64,000 bases of DNA from Diadema antillarum (Eukaryota), in assembly GCF_040938485.1 (NCBI RefSeq), contig NW_027270925.1:1240001-1304000 (forward strand). The letters run 5' to 3'. The first letter of the stretch is position 1; every line of letters begins with the position of its first letter. The notes below the pieces were generated by a model. It searched no databases, was not told the origin of the DNA, and was given only the letters and a program-made list of their open reading frames with translations. The translations under genes were made by a program, and so were the position numbers. Of the stretch, positions 1-12,088 are shown piece by piece.

Positions 1-225
1 TTATCTTTTTTTGGAGGGGGGGGGGGACAACATTTCTTATTCAACAACATTTCTTATTCAACAGTATTTCCATAATATCATTTTTACAAAACACTTTTAT
101 GCCTGGACATTACTGGTAATCTTATCTAGATAACAAACTGCATTGTCTGTCCCAAAATCTGCTCGCTTAGCACTAAGCTTCAGTAACTTTACATAACTTG
201 TAGCAATGTTGATATTGCTATATGT

Positions 226-536
226 AGGGCCGACGGAACGAGGGGAGGGGGCGCCCAAACTCTTTTTTTGCATGATTAATATGGTCTTGTTGGATAACTT
301 TTTTAATTGCTTGTCAGTCGATAAATTCCTGGAAGTGGCGCCAGAAAATGTTACGCTCACCGTTTGTTTGTTTGTTTGTTTGTTTGTTTGGTTTTTTTTT
401 TTCGGCTTGTCAGTCGACTTTTGGACACGATTAACTTTCATCCAAAATATTCCCCTTCCATTCTCAAAATCGACCGCCCTGTTTTCTCATAAAACTGGGC
501 CCCTTCATTTTTTACACGTATGTAGCGCCGGCCCTG
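226..536. mobile_element. hAT-like MITE
   Basis: Ends (T)AGGGCCGACG / CGCCGGCCCTG; ATGTA is duplicated on both sides. Paralogous units show the empty site ctatatgtacgtcaac (e.g. 16596-16611). Confidence 0.7.
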
Positions 537-1070
537 ATGTACGTCAACGTGTACAGGCAAAAAAGCAAAATCTAATGACTGTTCTTTTTTCCCTTTCTAA
601 TCACTGGTGTTATAGCTGAATTTTACTTCAATCTTGAATGCGTATCCTATTTTTGTCGTCATATTATCACTTTTCCATAATTTTATTTTCGTTCGCTTAA
701 CTTTTTATATAACTCATATCATTCCCTTCCTAAGTGAAAGTATACATAGAATTACTTGCAGCATCTAGGCAACACTCGCAGACACTAGTGATTATAAAAG
801 TCTATGACATGCTCGTACATGTCTACACATTTGAAATTGGGAAAAGGGACAGTTAAAAATAATCTTCCTCACTTAATCAATCAATCAATTAATCATACAT
901 ACAAATTAGTTCAAAGCAAAGATGAACAGAATTGAAACTTCTCATATTGTTTAACATTGGTGCATTCGTGCACAACAGGATCGAGATACAACTTAAAATG
1001 GGTTATGGCTTACATATATTTTTATCTATTTTTTGTTACATTAGAGAGATTGAATTTTAAATTTTATGAT

Positions 1071-2830
1071 CTATCTGCCACGGCAACTCAACATATTTCT
1101 GAGTGTAGCCCTCAGAAGTGGTTGGGTGATCGCGTAGGAAATGGGGTTCAGAAGACTGTTGCCGAACGCCAACCAGCTGAAGAAAAGGTATGCTGAACGG
1201 GGTAGGCCGGACACAATGCGGACCGGTTCGACGGCGTAGATGAGTTGGATGATGCTGTAAGGCAACCACGAAATCACGAAAGACAGGACAATGAAGAGAA
1301 GCGTACGTTGTGCCTTTCTGGTCTCGGCTGCCGACTCACGCTTCTCCTACATGTTTAGAAAAGAAGAGGATGGGATTGATCTGGCGCTATCACTTAGGTC
1401 TTTTGTCTCTTTCCAAAGGAGTCTCTATAGCTACGTGTAGAATATCATGAAATTTCATTTCTACGTGATTACATGCAATTGTTTTTTATCATTATTCCAT
1501 GAAAATGATAATGAAACATGTGAAAAGGGCGTATTTGTAAACTGTGGAAGTATAAAGATTTCTAACCACCCCTCCCCCACCCCCCCCCCCCAAAAAAAAA
1601 ATGCTCTGAAGGTAGGCCACTTTGGGGCAATTCATTTCACCAGAAAGTAAATACCAGGTATTTGTAGTTTTTTGCTTCAGATTTATTATTATTTTAGCAT
1701 ATCGGCCTACAATGACACACCTTACAGAAGTTTAAATCTTGATTCTACATAGATATGTTTGATAGATGGTTAAACATTTATGCAGACGAGTCGTTTTTTA
1801 ATAAAAAAAAAGATAGATTCATGACTTTACGTTTCAAATCCTTAAAAAAAACTTATACAGGGTTTTTGTGGGAATTGCTTTAAATATAAAAAACGAATAA
1901 AACGAATATAATTGTAGGATATCTTACCGTATGTTCAAAGTCTTTTAGGGGTTTGTTGTGTAAATGACTCTTAGACAAGCTCATTGCAACGCGGTCGTCC
2001 TTGACAGGTTCAACGTGGGTGTCTTTCGGAAATGTAATTGACGAGAATTCTCTCATACTACCCGTTACTGGAGTATTTCCAATTATGCAGGCATCTTTGT
2101 TTCCTTGAGATGACATTATGTTCTTGACATTCTTGCCTCCAATCGTCTTTCGTATCTTCCTGAAGATTCGAAGGTAAAGAACAACAATCATAACTAAAGG
2201 CAAATAAAACAGGACAACAATATTGACAATATAAGCCCCGGGAATGTTGGTGTATCGACGTAAACAATGATGTCCGTTGTCGAAGTCGTCGATGAACTCC
2301 CATACTGTAACAAACGGCATCCAAAAAGCAAGAGCAGCGATCCATGCCAGGGAGTTAACGAAAATGGCTTTACGTTTACTGCGAGTCATATAGTGGCTGA
2401 TTGGGTCGTAGGTAGCACGATGACGGTCGGCGCAGATGATCACGACAACAAAATTAGAAGAACTGGTGACCGCCTGACCGACTCCACCAAGGATCTTACA
2501 AAACACTTGGTTCAAAGGATAGAAGCCAAAGTAGGTATGGACAACGCTGGTGATGAGATTTAGACCAACGAGGAGATCGAGAATAGACAGGTTGATGATA
2601 AAGTAGTTGTTGTAGGTGCGGAGGCGTTTCTCCACGCCAAATGCTGCAAGGGACAGGCAGTTAGCGGCAATGATTAGTGTTGTGAACAACATCGGCCAGA
2701 AAAGTCGATGGATGTTAACAAACTTTGAATGGACTACAGGAATCTCTCTTTGGATCTCGTTTTCTGTATCATTTTCAAACTCGATCTCAGGGGCTAATGT
2801 CAGAGACGGAGTCCATGCCATGGTCGACAT
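1071..2830 (-). CDS. Class A GPCR copy A, muscarinic/histamine H3-like orphan; exons 2830-1928 and 1346-1071; ~392 aa
   Basis: 7TM motifs: AN(1.50), NLSILD(2.50), C3.25, DRH, W4.50, FYLP(5.50), SWLP(6.50), NPISY. The phase-0 GT-AG intron is read directly from the sequence (ACG|gtaaga ... catgtag|GAG AAG). Confidence 0.93.
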
Positions 2831-3296
2831 ACTGCAGTGTAATATATTTAATGGTTCCTCGTGTCTTGCTTCATGGAAAAGTTCTAGTCCTCCTCGACTA
2901 CTTGTGGTAATATCTGATTAGTCTGAGCAAGTGACGTATGTATTTGTATGTGTATAATTATATTAATATTTATATATAGTGCAGAAATATGATGTGTCGT
3001 GTATGTTTTCAAGTTCAAACTGTAAGAATTTTGTATTCATGGATATGTATTGATAATGAATGCCTCAGCATATCACGTGTCCATATAAGATGACTGAAAT
3101 CATCTTACGGTTGATTTCGTCGCTGCGTTCTTTCTTTTTTCTTCAATTACTTCATGAACTGACTAAGTTTCAAGAAACAAACTTCCCTGAGTCCTCGGGA
3201 GGGAGCAATAAATCACTTCATATGCCACTTTGTGTTATTTGTTTGACATTTAATGGGTGAACCAAGGGTAAAAGTCATATACATTTAGGATTCTTT

Positions 3297-3387
3297 GCAC
3301 AATAGAACAAGAATCGATTGGATATTTCCTTTTTTTCAAGTATAGGCAGCAGTGCAGGAACCTGATTGGCTGTCAAATATCAAACAA
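3297..3387 (-). promoter_or_regulatory. Conserved upstream block of the GPCR genes (Sox-like ACAATAG, CCAAT on the minus strand, Fox-like TCAAACAAA)
   Basis: The block is conserved in all six copies although A's flanks are otherwise diverged. Confidence 0.4.
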
Positions 3388-4445
3388 AATTTCTGTCTTA
3401 ACATAAGAATATATTTCATTACAAATCTCGAATATTGCTCATTGCTCACTCTTGAACGCTCCTATTCAAGAGAGCTTAGAATCAGAAATGGTGCAGACGC
3501 AAGCAAAGTTCACTGAAAGAACTAATCGATACTTGGCTCTTTCGTGACATGACTCGATCTTTCGTCAGTGCTGCTTGAAAGAACATCGATAGTAGAAAAG
3601 AAAGCAGAAAGGAGAAATGATGAACTGCCATCCACTTTACAAACGAAAAAGGATATCTTACATTCTCCTTGACAATTTCAAAACTGCGGGCCTGAATGAC
3701 TGAATGAGTTTAGAATTCCATTAATCGTATACAATATTCTACTTTTACCTCAAATCAGAGACTCGCGCGTCTCACGTCCTAATGACATTCACAATTAAAT
3801 CTGGCATTATAGGTATTTTTATGCTGAAAAGGCATTGCTGATCAAGAGGGCTGTTGAAAATGGGCAGAATTCGTTTTGATATGTGGAGAAAAAGAAATCA
3901 AACATTAGAAAATCATATTCAATACGGCACCACATTTAGCAATTTAGTATATTTGCGATAGTTTATCTGTTCATGAGCGGTGGAAGGTCAATGCATTGAG
4001 TCCAGTTACATTAACTGCATGTTGTTTCATTTACATTTTCGGTGTTGTTTTTTGGGGGGTCAGCTTTTCTGATAGGTAATGAAAGTACCAATGAAATTAG
4101 TGAACGGTACAAATTCTAAGATTGTAGTTTGATTTTACTCCTGTGCTCCTTTGGAGAGACCGATGTGACTCCTTAAATTGATAGATGTGTAAGTCCCCTT
4201 ATGACGTTGATGTGTATGAGTACATTGTATGTGTGTGCGTCTGTATATGAACGTGTGTGTGTGTGTTTGAGTGTATGTTTGTGTATGTGTTTGTATGCAT
4301 GTGTTTGTATGTACCATGTGTGTGTATGTATGTACACTCTTTCTTTTCATTCCCTCTTCTTTCAACAGGTCAGTAGATTTCTCATTACAGGACGTGCGGT
4401 GGTTTTCTTACGACCGTCAGGGTCTTCCAGCATTGAATCGATTTA

Positions 4446-7400
4446 ATGGCTGATTCGATATTTGATTTTGACTTCAGTCGTTTGAATGAACAGGATTTTC
4501 ATGATTTATTTGTATTTGATTCAAATAATCAGAATGCAACTGCTTCACTGTCATTTGACAACCTAATATCCAAAGATATTAATTTTCATACAAATGATAT
4601 TTTTAATGATAAATTTCAAGATATTTCTTCGCCATATGTCACTGTTAATCAATTAAAGTCCAAAGATGCTAGCGAAAAGTTCTCCCTGATGCATATGAAT
4701 ATAAGAAGTTTAAATAAAAACTTTGAAAATTTGCGTATTTTTTTAGATAATTTTACAGACTCATTTTTTTCTGTAATTGGGCTTACAGAAACATGGCTCA
4801 CTGATAATACTGCCTCTTTATTTAATCTCCCAGGATATCATTTGATAAATAACGATAGATATAATAGAAGTGGTGGGGGTGTTGCCTTCTATGTTAAATC
4901 CAATTTTGATTTCTTCATTCGAAAAGATATCTGTCGAATGGAAAGTTTTGTTGAATCCTTATTTATAGAAATCAAAGTGCCTAATCGGAAAGATATTTTA
5001 TTAGGCGTAATATACAGGCCCCCTGATGCTAATATAAAATTATTTTTTGATTATTTTAATGAATTATTACAAGAATCTTCAGTTTTGAATAAGGAATGTT
5101 ATTTAATGGGTGACTTTAATATTGATTTAAGTAAATGTAATGATTCTTATTATCCCGAGGAATTTCTCAATATTATGCTCTCTGCATATTTCTCACCCTT
5201 GATTTCAAAACCAACCCGTGTAACAGAACAATCTGCCACTTTAATAGATAATATTTTTTGTAATGTAAACCCTTTTCCTGATTCTGCTATTATACTTACG
5301 GATATATCTGATCATTATGCTATTTATATGTGTTCATCTTTACAGTTAAAGACGAAAATACCTCAGAATTATGAAAGAAGGCGTAAGTTTACACCTCAGA
5401 ATATAGCCCAGTTTCAGGAATCTTTGATGGAAATTGACTGGTCTGACTTATATGTGGTGCAAGATACGAATGTAGCTTATGAAATTTTTATAAATAAGAT
5501 TTTTATTTTGTTAGATACACATATTCCATTAGTTAAAAAGAAGTTGGGTAGTTATAAACGTGATCCAAGATTGCCATGGGTGTCAAAGTCATTATTACGT
5601 TCAATTAATCGTAAAAATAATTTGTATTATGTAAGTAAGGCTAAAAAAACACAGCAATCTCGTGATAAGTATACTGCATATAAAAATACTCTCACTATGG
5701 TATTGCGTAAAGAAAAAAGGAATTATTATATGAGAAAATTAGATTTGTTTAAAAATGATATGCGCAATACTTGGAAATTGATAAATGAAACATTGAATAA
5801 GCATAAGGAAAGAAATGTTATTTCTAAAATTAAGAATGATGGATTTGAAATAAAAGATTTACGTATGATAGCAGAAATATTTAATTCACATTTTTCAACT
5901 GTTGGCCAGAATCTTTGTGCAAATATTCCGTTGTCTACTAAAGAATTTTATGATTATCTGGATGTAGGTAATCAAAATTCAATCTTTTTTTCCCCTGTAA
6001 CAGTATATGAGATTTTAGATATTGTTCATAATTTACCTTCTAAAAGAAGTTCTGGTTATGATGATATTGATAATATACTGTTAAAAAATATAATACCTTA
6101 TATTGTTGATCCTTTGTTTCACATTTTTAATCTATCAATATCACAAGGGCAGGTACCAGATGTTATGAAAATATCAAAAATAGTTCCAATTTTTAAAAAG
6201 GGTAATAGGGAAGAATTGAATAATTACAGACCTATTTCTCTTTTGCCTAATATATCTAAAATATTAGAAAAGATAATATATTCTCGAGTTATAGATTTTT
6301 TTAATAGAAATGACATTTTGTCAAAATATCAATTTGGATTTCGCAAGAAACATAGCACAGCACATGCAATATTATCTTTCACTGAAAAAGTATCTCGAGC
6401 AATTGATAAGTTTCAACATACTGCAGGAATCTTCCTGGACCTCTCCAAGGCCTTCGACACGATTAACCACGACATTCTTCTTTATAAACTTAATCATTAT
6501 GGTATACGTGGGAAGGCCTTGGAGTGGTTCAGAAGTTATTTGAAAGACAGAAAACAATTTGTTTGTATAAACAATGAAAAATCTTCTTTGCGCTCAGTTG
6601 ATTGTGGAGTTCCACAAGGAAGTATACTAGGGCCGTTACTTTTTATTATCTACATCAATGATTTTCCCAAATCTTCAAATGTTCTTTCTTTTATATTATT
6701 TGCAGATGATTCTAATCTTTTCTTTTCTCATTCAAATCCTTATACATTAGTTGATGTCATGAATATAGAATTGAACAAGATAATGCAATGGCTAAGAGCA
6801 AATAGATTATCGCTTAATTTGCAGAAAACAAATGTGATGTTGTTTAGTAATACCCTTGATAAATTGCCACATGATATAATTTTTGAAAATGAAGTGATAA
6901 AACAGGTTTATTCTGTTAGATTTCTTGGTGTAACTGTAGACAGTAAGCTTTCTTGGAAACAGCATATAGATTGTATATGCCGCACTATTTCCAGTAACAT
7001 AGGTGTAATTAATAAAGTAAAGTTTTGTTTTTCTGTTAAAAAGTTGATAATGTTATATTCAACGTTAATTTTACCTTATTTAACGTATGGAATTATAGTA
7101 TGGGGAAATACACATTCAACTTACTTGGATAAATTATTATTGTTACAAAAAAAAGCACTTCGAGTAATATGTAATACCTCCAAATATTCCCATACTGACG
7201 GATTATTTGTGGAGAATAAGGTTTTAAAAGTAAGGGATTTGTATTATTATTACCTTGGTCAATTTATGTACAGTTTGTATAATAAGTCACTTCCTTCAGT
7301 TTTTGAGAATATGTTTAATAAGAATAAAAATATTCATAAATACCCCACTCGTCAAACAGATGAATATCATTTGCCCCTTACCCGAACTCTATTTACAAAA

Positions 7401-7532
7401 TCCACGTTTATCTACAGTGGCCCAAAATTTTGGAATTCCCTTGAGAAAAATATAAAAGATTCCATTAGTTTGAAATCATTCTCTAGTAATTTAAAGAAAT
7501 ATTTGATTAGCTCATATGTACCCCATGATTAG
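4446..7532 (+). CDS. LINE ORF2: apurinic-like endonuclease plus reverse transcriptase (CR1/L2 group), 1028 aa, uninterrupted
   Basis: EN motifs HMNIRSL, GLTETWL, GVIYRPP, GDFNID, PTR..ATLIDNIF, ISDH. RT motifs YRPISLL, QFGFR, DLSKAFD, GVPQGSILGPLLF, FADD. Confidence 0.97.
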   Translation: MADSIFDFDFSRLNEQDFHDLFVFDSNNQNATASLSFDNLISKDINFHTNDIFNDKFQDISSPYVTVNQLKSKDASEKFSLMHMNIRSLNKNFENLRIFLDNFTDSFFSVIGLTETWLTDNTASLFNLPGYHLINNDRYNRSGGGVAFYVKSNFDFFIRKDICRMESFVESLFIEIKVPNRKDILLGVIYRPPDANIKLFFDYFNELLQESSVLNKECYLMGDFNIDLSKCNDSYYPEEFLNIMLSAYFSPLISKPTRVTEQSATLIDNIFCNVNPFPDSAIILTDISDHYAIYMCSSLQLKTKIPQNYERRRKFTPQNIAQFQESLMEIDWSDLYVVQDTNVAYEIFINKIFILLDTHIPLVKKKLGSYKRDPRLPWVSKSLLRSINRKNNLYYVSKAKKTQQSRDKYTAYKNTLTMVLRKEKRNYYMRKLDLFKNDMRNTWKLINETLNKHKERNVISKIKNDGFEIKDLRMIAEIFNSHFSTVGQNLCANIPLSTKEFYDYLDVGNQNSIFFSPVTVYEILDIVHNLPSKRSSGYDDIDNILLKNIIPYIVDPLFHIFNLSISQGQVPDVMKISKIVPIFKKGNREELNNYRPISLLPNISKILEKIIYSRVIDFFNRNDILSKYQFGFRKKHSTAHAILSFTEKVSRAIDKFQHTAGIFLDLSKAFDTINHDILLYKLNHYGIRGKALEWFRSYLKDRKQFVCINNEKSSLRSVDCGVPQGSILGPLLFIIYINDFPKSSNVLSFILFADDSNLFFSHSNPYTLVDVMNIELNKIMQWLRANRLSLNLQKTNVMLFSNTLDKLPHDIIFENEVIKQVYSVRFLGVTVDSKLSWKQHIDCICRTISSNIGVINKVKFCFSVKKLIMLYSTLILPYLTYGIIVWGNTHSTYLDKLLLLQKKALRVICNTSKYSHTDGLFVENKVLKVRDLYYYYLGQFMYSLYNKSLPSVFENMFNKNKNIHKYPTRQTDEYHLPLTRTLFTKSTFIYSGPKFWNSLEKNIKDSISLKSFSSNLKKYLISSYVPHD

Positions 7533-7664
7533 TTTGACTGTTTGGAATTGTTGTTCTTTTTCTTCACCCTGTATCGAGAATGTTGACCTGCCCTTCGCTC
7601 TCTCTACTCCCCCTCTCCCCCTTCCGCCCTCTCTTTCCCTACTCTCTTCTGTGTGTGCACAATG

Positions 7665-7845
7665 NNNNNNNNNNNNNNNNNNNNNNNNNNNNNNNNNNNN
7701 NNNNNNNNNNNNNNNNNNNNNNNNNNNNNNNNNNNNNNNNNNNNNNNNNNNNNNNNNNNNNNNNNNNNNNNNNNNNNNNNNNNNNNNNNNNNNNNNNNNN
7801 NNNNNNNNNNNNNNNNNNNNNNNNNNNNNNNNNNNNNNNNNNNNN
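7665..7845. other. Assembly gap (N run)
   Basis: Run of N. Confidence 1.
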
Positions 7846-8662
7846 ACTGTACTTCATGTAACCATCCGATTTGATTGAATGAAAACTGTATACTTTCAAT
7901 GATTAGCTTGTACGGTACATGTATCGTTGTATTGTGTTATAAAGTCATATATAATTAATGTATTGTAGTAATGTAACGTAAGTGAGGGGACTGCAATCTA
8001 CAAGTTCGCTTTTTAGCAGCCCCTCAATTTCCATTTCCATGAAGTTCTTTGAAGAACCAATATGTATTATTATGTTCCAATATATGTAATCATGTCAAAG
8101 TGTATTACCTGTGTTTGATTGGAAATGAAAATAAAAAAACATGCATGTGAACATGCATGTGTGAAATGAAATGAATGAATAATGAGGCTTCACATACAAC
8201 GATTGCATGTATGTATGTGTGTAAGTGTTTGATTGTGAAATATGTTTAACCAGGGGCTTGAAATAAACGTTCAACATTAATACCGCATAGCCTTTGCTAT
8301 TTCCCGCGTCAGGGGGAAATATTGAACAAATGATGACTAGGGAATTTTGATAAAACGAAATGAAGATTTCGCCCGACATTTCAAATAGGAGTTCTTCTAC
8401 AATATTCATCTATTGTTCTATATGTCTTTATTTTGTCTTAAACTTATGTAAAAAACAAAAATCGACTTCATTTGAAAGTAATAATGTTTCTACATCATGA
8501 TATATACGAGAAAAAAATTAAAAAGAAATAGCAAAAGCTATATTCCCTTTATGATAACAATAATGATAACAATAATAATAATAGTAATAATGATAATAAT
8601 AATAATAACAATAGCATCAATGACAACATTTCGTCGATGAAGTGACTGATTTCGTAATGAAA

Positions 8663-8747
8663 TAGGTCATGCCCACACTTGGAGCTCCATACAAATTGTC
8701 CATGGTTTAAACCATGGTTTCATTATACCACCTTCGTGAATTCGGGC
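8663..8747. repeat. Probable MITE remnant with an 18 bp palindrome
   Basis: CCATGGTTTAAACCATGG at 8700-8717 followed by a TIR-like end ccaccttcgtgaattcgggc; the partner TIR was not found. Confidence 0.35.
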
Positions 8748-9969
8748 AGTGAAATTGGACAACCTTAACTCATTTTAAACAACTGCCTAAACCCCTTAAA
8801 CCAGTAAAATATGTTTCTCCTTAGTTCGGTTCCATTAGGTATAGACACTGGTTTTAATGTATTTACATAGATTCCTTCTGTATTTCTGCGTTTCTCGATT
8901 TGCTCGCATCACACATACACGGCTCTTCATAAATTTGATAGAAGGATAAAGCCTGAATATTTTATGATTATTGAAATGACGAAAATATTTGATCATAAGG
9001 AATAAAACGTTAGCTCTACCTGACCCGATCATCACTTAAAAAATCATATGATAAACAACTTTCCATAATGTCAGACAACTATGTGTTCTTAGTTTACCTT
9101 TTTGTGGATCGTCATCAGGATTTGTTTAATGTAACAACAACACTCTTTACACATTTCCCTCAACATCGAAATAGGACTTAAAACTCACGAGTGAGAGAGA
9201 TGTGAAGATTCTTTTATTAGAAGTGTGTTTTACATAATTATCAAGCGCAGTTTTTTTTTTTTTTAACCATAGTCTTACAAAATGACATTTTAAGGCGAGG
9301 TTATTTTCAATACAAAATGTAAGTAAGGTGAAGGGTACTAGATTACCCTTCTGCATACTAGAGAAAGCGTTTCTACGATTTTGGAAAACTCACTGTGTGT
9401 TTCAAAGCACCTCATTTTATATTGTTGTTGACTTTAGGCAACAGGAACAATGTCTTCTTCACCTTACTATCAGATGCTGCTGAATCACCTCGTTGGACAT
9501 TTGATTCAGGAAGCTGCATCCGGGATTAGGCCGTCGGAGAAAATGGAATATGTTAAGCCCCTGTCACACTTTGGAGGATAGGCCCAGGTAATTGTCATGT
9601 GGGTATGCCGTGGGTGTGCGTTCAATGTGCTGTACTTGGTCGTTCTAGCCGTTCCATATCTTGCACCGACGGACTTTACAGGAGGCCTGGCGGGTCGGAA
9701 CGGGTGGAATACTACAAATTCCAGGAACGATACAGGAGAAAACGTGCAATAAGGACAAGGGTCGGATTGCGCTATCTGTTTTGATGTAAAACTTACAAAC
9801 ACTATTTTATATGTATTTACTTTTCATCTTTTATTTCGTGCACAACATCATGTTGATAGTGTGCAAGAGAGATAATGGGTTAAAGATGTGTGTTTATTTA
9901 TTTATTTTATTTTTTTTTGGGGGGGGGGGAGGGTTGTTACACCTCGGAGAGAATTTTAATCACTGAAAC

Positions 9970-11927
9970 TTATCTGCCACGGCAGGTTATCATATTTCTG
10001 AGTGTAGCCCGTAGCAATGGCTGGGTGATCGCATAGGAGATGGGGTTCAGGAGACTGTTGCAGAACGTCATCCAGCTGAAGAATAGCCTTACTGAACGGG
10101 GTAGGCCGGGTACGATGAGGACCGGTTCGATGGCATAGATGAGTCGGATGATGCTGTTTGGCATCCACGAAATCACAAAGGACAGGACAATGAAAAGAAG
10201 CGTACGTTGTGCCTTTCTCGTCTCGGCTGCCGATTCACTCTTCACCTATACGGTAATATGGAAGAGATAGAGCAAGAACGGTAATAATCTGTAAAAAATG
10301 TTATAAAGTTTTCATTTTACATGATTACGTGCCATTAAGAGAAATGATTATTTTTCCTTCATTGTGGTGACTCCATGATCATTGGTAAATTACTATTTTT
10401 CAACTATTATTTTTTATTATCGTGGATGCGGCAATAACATGTGCAGAAGGATGTGCGTGCAATTTTGCCGGAACCTCGACAACTTGTCCTCTAGAACCAG
10501 GGTAAGTGAGTTACGAGCACTGTTATTACTTGCATATATTATGTTTAAAAGTGCAATCATGACATGTGCATTACATGAAGCTATGCTGTTGATACATAGG
10601 TACTATAAAGATGGATTTTAATTGACGAAGGCTAGTAACGGGATGATTAAATTTATAGGTTATCATAATGTTGCTTTTGTGTTAGTTATCTGCGTCTTTA
10701 CGTATTAGCATGTGGCACCCTATGCTTGTTTACACCATGACTTTTCAGAGATTTGTTTTGTAATGGATAAGCAGAAATGCAGATGCGTGTCTTCTTCACA
10801 AACATACAAATATGTCATTCCTTATTATGTAATTTCTTTCCCTGCATGTTTGCCATTTCACCTTTATCTTGGATCGAAAGATCAGGCCTCTTTTAACCAA
10901 AAAAGAAAAAATAGAAGAATAAAACGAATGGCTTTTACTCTTTTACTCCTTTATTTCTTACTGTTTTTGTGGGTGACGTGTTCAAATAGGAAGATTTTTA
11001 TATTGTATGATATCTTACCGCATGTCCAGAGTCATTCAGAAATTTGCTGTGTCCGCGCATCTTTGGCAAGCTCATAGAAACATCGCGTTTCTTTTTGACA
11101 GACTCAACATGAATGTCATTTGGAGATGAAATTGACGAAGTCGAGAATTCTCTCATATTACCATTCATTGCTGAAGTATTCATAATTGTACTGGCGTGAT
11201 CGTTTCCTTGAGATGTTTTCCTGACATTCTTGCCACCGACCGTCTTTTGAATCTTCCTAAAGATTCGAAGGTAAAGAACAACAACAAAAACTAATGGCAG
11301 GTAAAACAAGACAGTAATGTTGACGACGTATGCCCAAGGATTGTGAGTAAATCGACGAACGCAATGGCGTCCATTGTCGAAGTCGTCAATGAACTCCCAG
11401 ACTGTGACAAACGGCATCCAAAAAGCAAGAGCAGCAATCCACGGCAGGGAGTTAACGAAAATTGCTTTACGTTTACTGCGAGTCATATAGTGGTTGATTG
11501 GGTCGTAGGTCGCACGATGACGGTCGGCGCAGATGATCACGACGACAAAATTAGAAGAACTGGTGACCGCCTGACCGAGTCCACCAAGGACCTTACAAAA
11601 CACTTGGTTCAAAGGATAGTAGCCAAAGTAGGTATGGACAACGCCAGTGGTGAGACTTAGACCAACGAGGAGATCGAGAATAGACAGGTTGATGATAAAG
11701 TAGTTGTTGTAGGTGCGCAGTCGTTTTTCCATGCCAAATGCTGCAAGGGACAGACAGTTTGCGGCAATGATTAATGTTGTAAACAACATCGGCCAAAATA
11801 GTCCACTGATGTTAACAACTTTGGAAAGGACTACAGGAACGTCATTTTGTGTCTCGTTTCCAGTATTATTTTCAAATTCGATCTCAGGGGGTAACGTAAA
11901 AGACGGAGTCCATGCCATGGTCGACAT
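9970..11927 (-). CDS. Class A GPCR copy B; exons 11927-11019 and 10245-9970; ~394 aa
   Basis: Same 7TM motifs as copy A; donor GCG|gtaaga, acceptor tatag|GTG AAG; open frame to TAA. Confidence 0.93.
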
Positions 11928-12050
11928 ACTGCACCCAGTGCTATCGTTGTCATTAATGAAATATTTTTTTTATAGTTCAGTTGTCTCGTTAGATGGGATA
12001 TTTCTTGATCGTGCTCCTTGACGTGATGTTTTCGATATCTCTGAGCAAGT

Positions 12051-12088
<38 letters not shown>

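Larger units (their letters stand above)
4130..8182 (+). mobile_element. Non-LTR retrotransposon (CR1/L2-like), probably 5'-truncated (no ORF1 seen); 3' UTR interrupted by an assembly gap
   Basis: ORF2 as above. TG-rich tract upstream, 3' hairpin at 7983-8026, AATAAA at 8130 and short (TGAAA/TGAA)n tail. Ends are approximate. Confidence 0.8.

Noticed and set aside
4135-4453. ORFs upstream of LINE ORF2 as a possible ORF1
   Set aside because: They are translations of a TG-rich microsatellite with no RRM, PHD or esterase features.
9085-9122. Minus-strand CCTGATGA-c-gatcc... resembling another hammerhead
   Set aside because: The GAAA core and stem II 3' strand are destroyed; at most a dead remnant.
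10250-11015. Possible middle coding exon in the conserved GPCR intron (e.g. after ctaccaatag)
   Set aside because: Candidate acceptors lead to in-frame stops in several copies, and direct exon1-exon2 splicing already gives a complete phase-0 7TM protein.
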